Positions 28,065 through 38,074 of a stretch of DNA of 64,000 bases are shown one piece after another. The stretch lies in contig OY970378.1 of the NCBI GenBank assembly GCA_963718875.1, positions 477,373 to 541,372 of the forward strand, read 5' to 3'. The notes below the pieces were generated by a model. The model saw only the letters and a program-made list of their open reading frames with translations. It was not told the origin of the DNA and searched no databases. This DNA comes from Candidatus Parcubacteria bacterium. GTDB lineage: Bacteria; Patescibacteriota; Saccharimonadia; UBA4664; JBIOIQ01. The translations under genes and the position numbers were made by a program. How positions within the stretch are numbered: the first letter of the stretch is position 1; the number at the start of each line of letters is the position of its first letter.

Positions 28065-28649
28065 ATGGTAGACATTCAAGATATAAAAAAATTACGTGAC
28101 CAAACCGGAGCTGGCATGATGAGCGCAAAAAAGGCTTTGGAAGAAGCGGGTGGAGATTTTGAGCAAGCTGTAACGCTATTGCGAAAAGCTGGAGAGGCTA
28201 GTGCTGCCAAAAAAGCTGACCGCGAGGCTAGCCAAGGGGCTATTGAAGCTTACGTGCACTCCAGTCGTATTGGCGTGTTAGTCGAAATTAACTGTGAAAC
28301 GGATTTTGTTGCTCGAACAGAAGATTTTAAGCAGTTTGTTCATGACATTGCTATGCATATAGCTGCAGCTGATCCTAAATACGTTTTACCATCGGAGGTG
28401 CCGGAGCCGGTGATTGAAAAAGAAAAAGAGATTTACTTATCAGAAGTGGCAGACAAGCCTGCCGAAGTCGTAGAAAAAATCGTAATGGGTAAACTGGATA
28501 AATTTTATTCAAGTATTTGTTTGGTGCGCCAACCGTTTGTAAAAGATCCAGAGAAGACTATTGAAGCCCTCACTACCGAACTAATTGCAAAATTGGGTGA
28601 AAATATTGTTATTCGTCGGTTCGAACGTCTTGAACTAGGGGTCTTGTAA
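28065..28649 (+). CDS. tsf: Elongation factor Ts (short form)
   Basis: IKKLRDQTGAGMMSAKKALEEAGGD UBA-like N-terminus. Confidence 0.9.
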   Translation: MVDIQDIKKLRDQTGAGMMSAKKALEEAGGDFEQAVTLLRKAGEASAAKKADREASQGAIEAYVHSSRIGVLVEINCETDFVARTEDFKQFVHDIAMHIAAADPKYVLPSEVPEPVIEKEKEIYLSEVADKPAEVVEKIVMGKLDKFYSSICLVRQPFVKDPEKTIEALTTELIAKLGENIVIRRFERLELGVL

Positions 28650-28693
28650 TAGTAAGTTTGGTTTTTTGAGCTTCCCGGGCTAGAATTAATATT

Positions 28694-29257
28694 ATGGACG
28701 TAAGAACGCTTATAAATTCTGCTGATGCTAAAATGTTAAAAGCCATTGGTCACTTGCGTGAGGAGCTGAATGGTTTAAGGACTGGAAGAGCGAGTGTTGT
28801 AATGGTTGATGGAGTAATCGTGGACTATTATGGGCAGTCGATGCAACTCAAAACCCTAGCTACTATCGGAACGCCAGATGCAAAAACGATTTCGATTACC
28901 CCATGGGATAGGAATGCACTGGAGCCGATCGAAAAAGCTATTCGGGAAACGCAGTCCCTTGGTCTTGTACCAAACAGCGATGGACACACTATTAGGCTTA
29001 ATATACCGCCTATGACAGAGGAAAGGCGACGTGATGTTGTAAAACAATTGGGTGAAAAGGTAGAGGCTTGTCACATTAGTTTACGAAATGTGCGCCATGA
29101 AATCCTTAATGACGTCAAAAAAATGGAGAAGAATAAGCAGGCTACGCAAGATGATGTAAAATTCGCGGAAGGTGAGCTAAATAAAAAAATTGACGGTCAT
29201 AGGTTGGTTATCAATGAAATTGAAGCTATAAAAACTACTGAAATAATGCAGGTATAG
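28694..29257 (+). CDS. frr: Ribosome recycling factor
   Basis: 187 aa, ..LRTGRASVVMVDGV.., PPMTEERRRD. Confidence 0.9.
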   Translation: MDVRTLINSADAKMLKAIGHLREELNGLRTGRASVVMVDGVIVDYYGQSMQLKTLATIGTPDAKTISITPWDRNALEPIEKAIRETQSLGLVPNSDGHTIRLNIPPMTEERRRDVVKQLGEKVEACHISLRNVRHEILNDVKKMEKNKQATQDDVKFAEGELNKKIDGHRLVINEIEAIKTTEIMQV

Positions 29258-29262
29258 CAAGC

Positions 29263-30366
29263 ATGATAATTACTACTCTCTTGGTAGTTGCGATTTTTTC
29301 GCTGTTGGTCTTTGTACACGAGTTGGGGCATTTTTTGGTTGCTAGACGCAATGGCGTTGAAGTTGACGAATTTGGTTTTGGGTTTCCACCCCGTGTAGTG
29401 GGGAAAAAGGTAGGAAAGACCCTTTATAGCATTAACGCTATACCACTGGGTGGGTTTGTACGCTTAAGAGGCGAAGATATGCGTGATACTTCGCCCGGTA
29501 GTTTTGGAAGTGCGAGTATGTGGGTAAAAACCAAAATAATGTTGGCTGGGGTAGTTATGAATACCCTCCTTGCTTATTTATTATTGCTCGTGCTGTGCCT
29601 AACGGGGTTGCCGTCGGCTTTTACAGCTGGTTTTAAGTTACCTGCTCCGATAACTTCGACAGCTAAGCAGGTTATGGTTTTAAATGTTAGCGAGGACACA
29701 CCGGCAGGGAAGGCAGGACTATCGAAGGGGGATATAATTGTGGCGGTTAATGGTAAGAGCTTAAGTAGTGAGTCGGATTTAACCAGTTTCACGAAAGCTC
29801 ATGCCGGCGAAACGGTTAAGTTTAGTCTTGAACAAGACGGAAAGAGTCGAGTAATTGACATTAAGCTAAATGATAAGGAAGTGGGTAAAAAAGCCGGCTA
29901 TTTAGGAGTGCTGCCACTTCAAGTACACAACCAGCGTTATGGACTCAACTCTATTTGGGTAGCAGCATCATTGACTGTTCAAATGTTGGGGTTGACAGCT
30001 TTAGGAGTATTACAAATGTTTGCCAATTTGCCAGGGCTCATGGCTGGGGTTTTTCAAGCTGGGGTGCCGCAAGCAGCAGAGACAGTTGCTGGTCCGATTG
30101 GTATTTTTACGGCTCTGCAAAATATCAAGCTTTTAGGCTTCAATTATTTAGTGTTCTTTATAACCACTATATCTATAGCCTTGGCCGTTTTTAATGTTTT
30201 ACCAATTCCTGTTTTAGACGGGGGAAAACTGGCTTTGATTTGGTTACAGCGCTTGTTAAAGCGGACATTTTCGCCAGAAACGGAAGGAAAAATTTATGCT
30301 ATTAGCTTTGCTTTGTTGGGTGTATTGGTCCTGGTTGTCAGCGTTTTTGACATTCGGAGATTGTAA
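29263..30366 (+). CDS. rseP: Site-2 protease RseP/RasP (M50) with PDZ
   Basis: HELGHF zinc motif in TM1, PDZ (GLSKGDIIVAVNG), NVLPIPVLDGG. Confidence 0.9.
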   Translation: MIITTLLVVAIFSLLVFVHELGHFLVARRNGVEVDEFGFGFPPRVVGKKVGKTLYSINAIPLGGFVRLRGEDMRDTSPGSFGSASMWVKTKIMLAGVVMNTLLAYLLLLVLCLTGLPSAFTAGFKLPAPITSTAKQVMVLNVSEDTPAGKAGLSKGDIIVAVNGKSLSSESDLTSFTKAHAGETVKFSLEQDGKSRVIDIKLNDKEVGKKAGYLGVLPLQVHNQRYGLNSIWVAASLTVQMLGLTALGVLQMFANLPGLMAGVFQAGVPQAAETVAGPIGIFTALQNIKLLGFNYLVFFITTISIALAVFNVLPIPVLDGGKLALIWLQRLLKRTFSPETEGKIYAISFALLGVLVLVVSVFDIRRL

Positions 30367-30371
30367 AACCG

Positions 30372-31097
30372 ATGAAAAAACTGGCTGCGCTTGAAGTTCC
30401 TTGGCGCCCAATCGACGCCATCGTGGCGTTTTTACTTGCTTGGATAGGCGCTCCTATTGCTATTGTGTATGGGTTAAAGCTAACCTCACCCTATGTTCCA
30501 GTTTTCAATGCTTTTTTGGTGGGTTTGCGCGGTGGGGGCATTGAGGTAAGCTTTATTTTTGCTGTCATTAACGGCCTAGTAACCTTATCTATATTGGCAC
30601 TATATTTGAGGAAATATACTGCTCGGTGGCGGGATTTGGGCTGGAAAAAATTTAACGTTTTTAAAGCGGCACTATATATTGTTCTGGCGTTTGTATTGTT
30701 TATAGCATCAGTTGAAGCTGCATTTTGGCTTGTAACGTACGTTTTTCCCCAGTTCAACGCCAACCAGGCCCAGACCAATGAGTTTACCAGCCCTACTTCG
30801 TCCACCGCTCGTACGCTAAGCTTGATTGCCTTGGTGGCATTGCCACCGGTTATCGAAGAAACTTTGTTTAGAGGTTTTATTTTTCCGGCTCTTTCCAAAT
30901 GGGGGGGTGTAGTGGTTGGGGCGGTACTTACTAGCTTAATGTTTGGTTTTGCGCATCTTCAGTACAACGTGGGGCTTTATACCATAATTTTGAGTTTAAT
31001 TTTGTGTGCCATGTACTATCGTTTACGCAGTATATGGCCGGGTGTATTACTACATATGATAAACAACTACATTGCTTTCATGGCTAACATCAAGTAA
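30372..31097 (+). CDS. CPBP (CAAX) family intramembrane protease
   Basis: EETLFRG, FGFAH and HMINN motifs in TM helices. Confidence 0.8.
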   Translation: MKKLAALEVPWRPIDAIVAFLLAWIGAPIAIVYGLKLTSPYVPVFNAFLVGLRGGGIEVSFIFAVINGLVTLSILALYLRKYTARWRDLGWKKFNVFKAALYIVLAFVLFIASVEAAFWLVTYVFPQFNANQAQTNEFTSPTSSTARTLSLIALVALPPVIEETLFRGFIFPALSKWGGVVVGAVLTSLMFGFAHLQYNVGLYTIILSLILCAMYYRLRSIWPGVLLHMINNYIAFMANIK

Positions 31098-31374
31098 GAG
31101 CGAGCTTGATATTTAGAGTCTAACTCGCTTACTGTAAGAGGGCGAGCTATTTCACTTGAAGGTACTTAGCTTTCTATAGGTCTAAAGCACACACGTTTAA
31201 AGTGCTTAAAAACCAGTCTACATTAGACTTATAGTTTAAATGATAACAACCACACTTCCTTGAATTTAGAGCCTAGCCTGTCAGTTGGCGGTTTAGGACG
31301 GCAGCGGCGGAGGGGTTTTGAGTTTAGGGATTATGATAAATATATTTAGATGTCCTTAATTAACCTCATCGTTT

Positions 31375-31646
31375 AGATCGATGTAGCTTAGATTTGACGG
31401 GGTGACGGGGGTTTGATAGGCTAGAGTCAAAGCTGTGAAGGGGTATCCCGCCCTGGAGCCGTCGCCGATGGCGAGGCGAGCTGCCGGTGATGAGCCGAGC
31501 CGGACCCCAACCGTTATAGTGGGGCTGAAAGTATGTTTCAGCATTAAGGCTGTATTAGTAATAATGCAGTGAAGGCAAGATGGTACCGCGACTCTTTAAT
31601 CGCTCTTGCTAAACACTTTTTGTGTTTAGAGAAGAGTGGTTTTTTA
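31375..31646 (+). promoter_or_regulatory. T-box leader upstream of the tRNA-binding protein and proS
   Basis: T-box sequence GATGGTACCGCG at 31579-31590; terminator CTAAACAC-TTTTT-GTGTTTAG extended by AGAAGAGTGG and T6 (31640-31645); G+C-rich stem region upstream; 5' boundary approximate. Confidence 0.7.
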
Positions 31647-31661
31647 ATTGGGAGAGGTTTT

Positions 31662-31997
31662 ATGACTATAAGTTACGCAGACTTTGAAAAGGTGGATATC
31701 AGGAGTGGAAAAATTATTGGAGTTGAGGACTTTCCGGAAGCCCGCAAGCCTGCCTTCAAATTAACGATTGATTTTGGCCCTGAGATTGGAGTAAAACGAT
31801 CATCGGCGCAGATAACCGAGTACTATAGTAAAGCTGATCTTGAAGGAAAAATGGTTTTGGGCGTGGTTAATTTTGCTCCAAAACAAATAGGGCCATTTAT
31901 TTCTGAGTGTTTAACTTTAGGACTACCTGATGATAATAATAATGTAATTTTGGTTACTCCTGAGAGGGATGTAGCCGTAGGAAGGAAACTGTTTTAA
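31662..31997 (+). CDS. CsaA/Trbp111-like tRNA-binding domain protein
   Basis: 111 aa, ..FEKVDIRSGKII..AEDFPEARKPAFKLTIDFG.. OB-fold tRNA-binding signature; GGAGAGG RBS; ORF track start 31569 overlaps the T-box. Confidence 0.8.
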   Translation: MTISYADFEKVDIRSGKIIGVEDFPEARKPAFKLTIDFGPEIGVKRSSAQITEYYSKADLEGKMVLGVVNFAPKQIGPFISECLTLGLPDDNNNVILVTPERDVAVGRKLF

Positions 31998-33244
31998 TGA
32001 GATTATCGCAAACGTTTGGTTCGACAATCAAAAATGTATCTAAAGAAGGTGGAGATAGCTTAAATTACCAGTTTTTGACTCGAGGTGGCTTTGTAAATCA
32101 GCTAATGGCTGGGGTTTACTCATATCTACCTTTAGGGTTAATGGTTCTAAGAAACATTGAGCAGGTCGTGCGCGAAGAGATGGATGCTTTGGGCTCCAGC
32201 GAGATTCTCATGCCAACGCTTCATCCAAAAGTTAACTGGGCCACTACTGGTGGCTGGGACAATATCGATGTCTTATTTAAAATTAAAAGTCGCACTGGCC
32301 ATGAATACGCATTAGGGCAAAGCGAAGAAGAAGTTGTGACGCCTCTCGTAATGAGCAGAGCTGTTTCTTATAAGGATTTTCCAATAAGTGTTTATCAAAT
32401 TCATTGGAAATACCGCGACGAGTTGAGGGCGAAATCTGGCATCATGCGAGGTCGTGAATTCTTGATGAAGGATATGTATAGTTTTCATGCAACTCAAGAG
32501 GATTTTTTAGCATACTATGAGCGAGCAAAAAAGGCTTATTTACGTATTTACGATCGTTTGGGGTTGGTGGCGAAAGTAACAGAGGCTTCGGGGGGCAATT
32601 TTTCGGAAAAAATTTCCTATGAGTTCGAGGTTCTTACTGAGGCCGGGGAAGATGTTATCTACTATTGCGATGAGTGTGATTTTTGCGTGGAAGATGAGAT
32701 TGCCAAGGTAAAGCCGGGTGATAAATGCCCATCGTGTGGCAAAAGTGAGCTTAAGGAGGCTAAAGCTAGTGAAGTAGGCAACGTTTTTGATCTCGGACAA
32801 AAATATGGTAAAGACTTTGATTTAGGGTTTGTTGACGAGCATGACCAAAAACAATATCCAGTCATGGGCTGCTACGGTATTGGCGTTTCGCGAATTATGG
32901 GGGTAATTGTTGAAAAATACAATGATGAACGCGGAATTATATGGCCAGAAAGCGTGGCCCCAGCGAAGGTACACCTCGTATCTCTGGGAGAAGATAAGAC
33001 AATCAACGATGAGGCGGAAAGGTTGTACGAAAAATTAATAGCTTCCGGAGTAGCGGTAGTCTACGATGATCGCTCTGGCGTTGGAGCAGGAACTAAATTT
33101 GCAGACGCTGATCTGATTGGCTGCCCAATTCGTGTTGCAGTGAGCGCAAAAACTTTGAATCAAAATTCGGTTGAGCTCAAAAAGCGCAATAGCGTTGATA
33201 GTGAGCTAATAAAGATTTCTGACGCTGTAAAGTTTTTGTCATAG
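31997..33244 (+). CDS. proS: Prolyl-tRNA synthetase lacking the INS editing domain, with a zinc-ribbon insert
   Basis: Bacterial ProRS N-terminus (MRLSQTF..), class II motifs, CDECDFC...CPSCG insert, C-terminal anticodon-binding domain; only 415 aa. Confidence 0.85.
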   Translation: MRLSQTFGSTIKNVSKEGGDSLNYQFLTRGGFVNQLMAGVYSYLPLGLMVLRNIEQVVREEMDALGSSEILMPTLHPKVNWATTGGWDNIDVLFKIKSRTGHEYALGQSEEEVVTPLVMSRAVSYKDFPISVYQIHWKYRDELRAKSGIMRGREFLMKDMYSFHATQEDFLAYYERAKKAYLRIYDRLGLVAKVTEASGGNFSEKISYEFEVLTEAGEDVIYYCDECDFCVEDEIAKVKPGDKCPSCGKSELKEAKASEVGNVFDLGQKYGKDFDLGFVDEHDQKQYPVMGCYGIGVSRIMGVIVEKYNDERGIIWPESVAPAKVHLVSLGEDKTINDEAERLYEKLIASGVAVVYDDRSGVGAGTKFADADLIGCPIRVAVSAKTLNQNSVELKKRNSVDSELIKISDAVKFLS

Positions 33245-33394
33245 TGCTCATGCAACCATGATCTGGCAAGCAGCATGGATTTTTGAATAAAATAGTTGTG
33301 CTTATTTAGGTCAAAACAAAGCATAATCATATTGAACACTTTATTTAACCTTGTTATGCTCTAAGCCCCACGGTAAACTACAGATATGCTCTGG

Positions 33395-33426
33395 CAAGAT
33401 ACAAGATACAAGATACAAGATACAAA
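33395..33426 (+). repeat. Tandem heptad array (CAAGATA)x4 abutting the mreB start codon
   Basis: CAAGATACAAGATACAAGATACAAGATACAAAG ends 3 nt before ATG 33430; no SD present. Confidence 0.9.
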
Positions 33427-33429
33427 GTC

Positions 33430-34482
33430 ATGATTAATCGTTTTCTAGGACTGTTTTCGCACGACATTGGTATTGACTTAGGTACAGCTAATACGCTGGT
33501 CTATGTCCGTGGTAAAGGCATAGTCATCAACGAGCCGAGCGTGGTGGCGATCAATTCCAAAACTAACCAAGTTTTGGCTATTGGTGACGAAGCAAAGAAA
33601 ATGGTGGGACGCACACCGGCTAATATTGTAGCGACCCGACCGCTGGTAGATGGAGTTGTGAGCGATTTTGAAGTGACCGAACAAATGTTGAAATACTTCA
33701 TTGATAAGGTACATAAAGAGACGTTTAGCATTTTGCCTCGTCCCAGAGTGGTAATTGGTATACCTAGCGGTGTTACTGAGGTAGAAAAACGGGCCGTGGA
33801 AGACGCTGCTACTAATGCTGGTGCGCGTCAAACTTTTTTAATTGAGGAACCAATGGCAGCAGCGATTGGCAGTCGGTTGCCAATTCAAGATGCCGCCGGG
33901 AGTTTGATTGTTGATATTGGAGGAGGCACCACTGAAGTAGCAGTAATATCATTGGGTGGCATTGTGTCGTCGCGCAGCTTGAGAATTGCTGGAGACGAGC
34001 TGTCTGAGGATATAATCCAATATGCTCGTGATGAGTTTAGCCTGCAGATAGGCGAGAGAACGGCTGAAAATATTAAGATTGCCATAGGGTCGGCTTATCC
34101 ACTCCAAACAACGATGGAGGCTCCTATGCGGGGACGGGATCTAGTAACTGGTTTGCCAAAGGAAATTATCGTTAATTCGGATCAAATTCGGTCAGCCTTA
34201 GCTAAGAGCGTGCGGACAATTGTAGAAGCGATTAAAATTACGGTTGAAGAAACACCGCCAGAGCTAGTGGCCGACATTATGGATCGGGGGATTATTTTGG
34301 CTGGTGGAGGTGCGTTATTGAAAGGTCTAGACCTTTTGATTCATCGCGAGACTAAAATGCCAGTATACATAACTGACGATCCGTTGACGGCGGTGGCGCG
34401 CGGGACGGGGTTGGTTTTAGAGGACATTGATAGCTTGAAAGATGTGCTGGTATCAACGCAATTTGGAAAAGTTCCGCGATGA
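33430..34482 (+). CDS. mreB: Rod-shape protein MreB
   Basis: Actin-fold motifs DLGTANT and DIGGGTTEVA. Confidence 0.95.
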   Translation: MINRFLGLFSHDIGIDLGTANTLVYVRGKGIVINEPSVVAINSKTNQVLAIGDEAKKMVGRTPANIVATRPLVDGVVSDFEVTEQMLKYFIDKVHKETFSILPRPRVVIGIPSGVTEVEKRAVEDAATNAGARQTFLIEEPMAAAIGSRLPIQDAAGSLIVDIGGGTTEVAVISLGGIVSSRSLRIAGDELSEDIIQYARDEFSLQIGERTAENIKIAIGSAYPLQTTMEAPMRGRDLVTGLPKEIIVNSDQIRSALAKSVRTIVEAIKITVEETPPELVADIMDRGIILAGGGALLKGLDLLIHRETKMPVYITDDPLTAVARGTGLVLEDIDSLKDVLVSTQFGKVPR

Positions 34483-34524
34483 AATTGCTTGGGCTAGCGA
34501 GATTGGTCGGGTTTCGGAGGGTAG

Positions 34525-35319
34525 ATGAAAAAACGTCCGGCTAATCGCATAATCATTATTGTAGCTATTGGAGTTGCCTTGGTTGGGCTAGGCAGATTGG
34601 GCGCATTACGGCCAATAACACAGACGTTGGGAGTCGTTACATCTCCGGTGATGAAGCTCATGGCTGGTAGTGGGAGTAGTGTAAGTAATTTTTTTGATTT
34701 TATGGGGAAAATAAAAGATCTAAACCGACGCAATATTGAGCTTACAAGTGAAGTGCGGGATTTAAAACAACAGCTGGCGGCTGATGTTGAAATGAGGGTT
34801 CAAAATACTGCCTTAAGAAAGCAGCTTGGGTTCTCAAATCCAAGTAATCAAGCCGTTGTGCCGGCTGAAATCGTGGCCTATCAGCCTGATAACTTTCGGG
34901 CATTTGTTACCATCAACCGTGGTAGGCGTGACGGTTTGCGCAATGGTATGGCTGTAACAAGCCAAGGATCGTTGTTGGGTAAACTTGTAAATACCCAAGA
35001 AAACACTTCCCAAGTTTTTTTACTTAATGATCCGGATTTTAAAGTAGCTGCTATTGACCAGAATACGCGCACTACAGGTATTGTACACGGACAGATAGGT
35101 AAAGGATTGGTCTTAACAAATGTGCCTCAAGATCAAATAGTTAAGACTGGTGACATGCTGGTCACAAGCGGATTGGGTGGGGACTTTCCTAAGGGACTTA
35201 TTATTGGGAAAATCGAGACAATTAGCCGTCAAGACAACGCCATCTTTCAGAGTGCCGCGGTAGTACCAAGCGTTAAGATAAACCAGCTTGAGTTAGTGTT
35301 TATTATGATTTCGCCATGA
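34525..35319 (+). CDS. mreC: Rod-shape protein MreC
   Basis: N-terminal TM, coiled coil, beta-barrel domains; position after mreB. Confidence 0.85.
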   Translation: MKKRPANRIIIIVAIGVALVGLGRLGALRPITQTLGVVTSPVMKLMAGSGSSVSNFFDFMGKIKDLNRRNIELTSEVRDLKQQLAADVEMRVQNTALRKQLGFSNPSNQAVVPAEIVAYQPDNFRAFVTINRGRRDGLRNGMAVTSQGSLLGKLVNTQENTSQVFLLNDPDFKVAAIDQNTRTTGIVHGQIGKGLVLTNVPQDQIVKTGDMLVTSGLGGDFPKGLIIGKIETISRQDNAIFQSAAVVPSVKINQLELVFIMISP

Positions 35320-35834
35320 GGTATTTAAGGCTACTAGGCTTAACTGTTTTAACGGTATGGTTGGGTGTAAGTTTTTTGGGAGCCTGGCGTCCATTAGGGG
35401 TTGTTCCGGACTTATTTTTAGTGGTTTTAGTAGTAGCAGCAAGCTCAAAGATTCATGCGAGTGAGCTTATGTCCATGGCAATAGGCGGCGGGTTTTTGCT
35501 CGATTATGTGAGCGGGATAGATTTTGGTTTAAGAATAGCTTTTTTTTGCTTCATTGCGCTTCTAATGGTAATTATAAGGCGTACGGGTGCCGATTTTGAA
35601 CGGTTGAGCACGAAGCTTGTGGCTGTGTTGGGGTTTACCGTGCTTTATGACGCAGTTATTTTGGTGCCTTTGCTTTGGCTAAAAAATTCAATTAGTTTGA
35701 GCACTGTTTTAAATAGAGTCGGTATGCAGCTTGTCCTTAATGCAGTGCTGTTAGGTTTGCTTTATTGGCCGTTACGCCGACTATTTGACATTGGAGCCGG
35801 GACTGCGCCGGTTATTAATCAAAGACATCCATAA
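35316..35834 (+). CDS. mreD: Rod-shape protein MreD
   Basis: Polytopic 172-aa protein between mreC and PBP2. Confidence 0.7.
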   Translation: MRYLRLLGLTVLTVWLGVSFLGAWRPLGVVPDLFLVVLVVAASSKIHASELMSMAIGGGFLLDYVSGIDFGLRIAFFCFIALLMVIIRRTGADFERLSTKLVAVLGFTVLYDAVILVPLLWLKNSISLSTVLNRVGMQLVLNAVLLGLLYWPLRRLFDIGAGTAPVINQRHP

Positions 35835-37906
35835 TGGCAAAACAGCGCTTCAGTTATGGCAACGAAAGCCTCTCCCATAAGCGGTGGCGGATAAAACATA
35901 AGTTGGCTGGGACGGAACAGTGGGCAGATGCTATTATGCCGTCAGAGAGAGGGGTTGGATCGGTAGAAGAGGAGACCAATCGTCGGCCATTACTCATGAT
36001 TGGGGTTGTGTCCGTGTTGGCTTTTTCCATTTTGGCCGCAAGGCTAGCCATGTTGCAGCTGCTAGACGGAGGTCGCAACCTTAGCTTGGCTGACTCGCAG
36101 CGAATCCGCCAAAAAGTCATCAGGGCTCCTCGCGGGGTGGTGTATGATCGCAACCGATCTATTTTGATCCAAAATGAGTCCAACTATGATATTACGGTAG
36201 TCCCTCAAGTGCTTCCAAAGTCTGAATCAAGCCGTCTGAATTTGTATCAGAAAGTCAGCGCTGCGGCTGGTGTGTCGGTAACAGATATAGCCAATGCTGC
36301 AGAAATTACTTGTATTGAAACTAGTAAAAAAAACGGCATAAAGCCCGATGAGGCCAAGCTGGATTGCCTTAGCCGTACTCAGCCTCAGTTAGTGGCGAGT
36401 AATATTAAACGAGATCAGGCGTTATTATTTGACCAAAGGTCCTTGGATTTTCCGGCTTTTGCACTTGACGTTAACCCGATTAGGCGCTATCTCGATAATG
36501 GAGCGCTTGCTCAGACATTGGGCTATGCTGGGCGTATTTCGCCGGACGAATTAAAACATAATCTGACCTATTTACCAACCGACTATATTGGCAAGCTTGG
36601 CATTGAAAAACAGTATGAATCGATATTACGAGGCCTTGATGGAAGCCAGCAAACTGAAGTTGACGTGACGGGGAGGCCGGTTAAGGTGCTGGCAAATCGA
36701 CCGGCTGTGGCAGGAAAAAACTTAGTCCTATCAATTGATATGGGGTTAGAGCAGCATATGACCGAAGCCATAAACCAGCAGCTGGCTGCTGCCCAGGCAA
36801 AGGGCGTGGCCGCCAAACAAGCATCAGGTGTGGCTTTGGATCCTACAACTGGAGAAATATTGGCTTTGGTTAGTTTACCGACTTACGACAATAATTTATT
36901 TGCTCGGGGCATCTCCCAAACCGACTTTTCTAAACTTGTTGAAGATTCGGCGCAACCTTTGTTTAATAAGCCAGTAGATGGAGCTTATCCGACGGGATCA
37001 ATCATTAAGCCCTTAATTGCTTCTGCTGCACTCCAAGAACGCGTTATTTCGACGTCGACTACCGTTAATGATACGGGGTCGTTACAATTGCCCAACCCGT
37101 ATGATCCGGCCAATCCTTATATATTTCGAAGCTATGAACAGGGTGGTTTTGGGGCCATAAATATTACAAATGCGATTCGTCTCAGCTCTAATGTGTTTTT
37201 TTTCACCATGGGCGGTGGGTTTGGTAATTTGGCTGGACTGGGTGTGGATAGGCTGACAAAGTATTATCGCAGCTATGGGCTGGGGAGTAGGCCCGGAATT
37301 GATTTACCGAGCAAAACGTCCGGACTTGTGCCAACTCCTGACTGGAAGAAAAAGAGCCTGGATCAAGATTGGTATGTCGGTGACACTTACAATATTTCGG
37401 TTGGGCAGGGCGATCTCAAGGCCTCGCCATTGCAAATGGCTAATGCAATTGCGGCCGTAGCTAATGGCGGGTTGGTTTATAAACCGCATCTTGTAACCCA
37501 AGTTTTAGACGACCAAAACCGCGTAATAAAGACTATTAAGCCCGAAATAGAACATAAGGTTCCGGTTTCAAATGATGTTTATAAGGTTATTCAAAACGCA
37601 ATGCGATTAGTTATATCTAGCCCTGATGGCACAGGGTGTTGTTTAATGGAAAAAACTTTACCAGGTCTCGTGGCTGGCAAGACCGGAACGGCGGAAACTG
37701 GTGGTTACACTGGTACGGCCTTGCCGCATTCCTGGTTTGAGGCGTATGCGCCGTATAGTAACCCCCGTATTGTGGTGGTTGTCTTGATTCAGAATGCCGG
37801 AGAGGGAGCTCAGTTTGCACTTCCGGCAGTACGTCAAACCTTACAGTATTATTTTACCCGAGGAGCGGGCAAGCAGTATCTGACGGAACCCTTGCCAGCA
37901 TCCTAA
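35834..37906 (+). CDS. mrdA: Penicillin-binding protein 2 (class B transpeptidase)
   Basis: SIIKP (SxxK) and KTGTA motifs, N-terminal dimerisation domain. Confidence 0.9.
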   Translation: MAKQRFSYGNESLSHKRWRIKHKLAGTEQWADAIMPSERGVGSVEEETNRRPLLMIGVVSVLAFSILAARLAMLQLLDGGRNLSLADSQRIRQKVIRAPRGVVYDRNRSILIQNESNYDITVVPQVLPKSESSRLNLYQKVSAAAGVSVTDIANAAEITCIETSKKNGIKPDEAKLDCLSRTQPQLVASNIKRDQALLFDQRSLDFPAFALDVNPIRRYLDNGALAQTLGYAGRISPDELKHNLTYLPTDYIGKLGIEKQYESILRGLDGSQQTEVDVTGRPVKVLANRPAVAGKNLVLSIDMGLEQHMTEAINQQLAAAQAKGVAAKQASGVALDPTTGEILALVSLPTYDNNLFARGISQTDFSKLVEDSAQPLFNKPVDGAYPTGSIIKPLIASAALQERVISTSTTVNDTGSLQLPNPYDPANPYIFRSYEQGGFGAINITNAIRLSSNVFFFTMGGGFGNLAGLGVDRLTKYYRSYGLGSRPGIDLPSKTSGLVPTPDWKKKSLDQDWYVGDTYNISVGQGDLKASPLQMANAIAAVANGGLVYKPHLVTQVLDDQNRVIKTIKPEIEHKVPVSNDVYKVIQNAMRLVISSPDGTGCCLMEKTLPGLVAGKTGTAETGGYTGTALPHSWFEAYAPYSNPRIVVVVLIQNAGEGAQFALPAVRQTLQYYFTRGAGKQYLTEPLPAS

Positions 37907-38046
37907 TTACACATTTTATTTCGAAGCATAGAAATTAAAAATATAACCTAATAATGAGACTAGAAAGCCACTTAAACATAAGTTAATTTATTTTGACAAT
38001 AGTAACTATTGACACCTTTTTAAGACAGAGTGAAAATGGATGAGCG

Positions 38047-38074
38047 CTGGGAGATTATCCCAGGTATTTTTTTT
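38047..38074 (+). terminator. Intrinsic terminator inside the greA 5' leader
   Basis: CTGGGA-GATTA-TCCCAG then GTA plus T8; lies about 110 nt upstream of greA and downstream of TTGACA boxes at 37993 and 38009. Confidence 0.7.

Noticed and set aside
31356-31544. 62-aa minus-strand ORF upstream of the tRNA-binding protein gene
   Set aside because: It lies within the G+C-rich stem region of the T-box leader and has no RBS.
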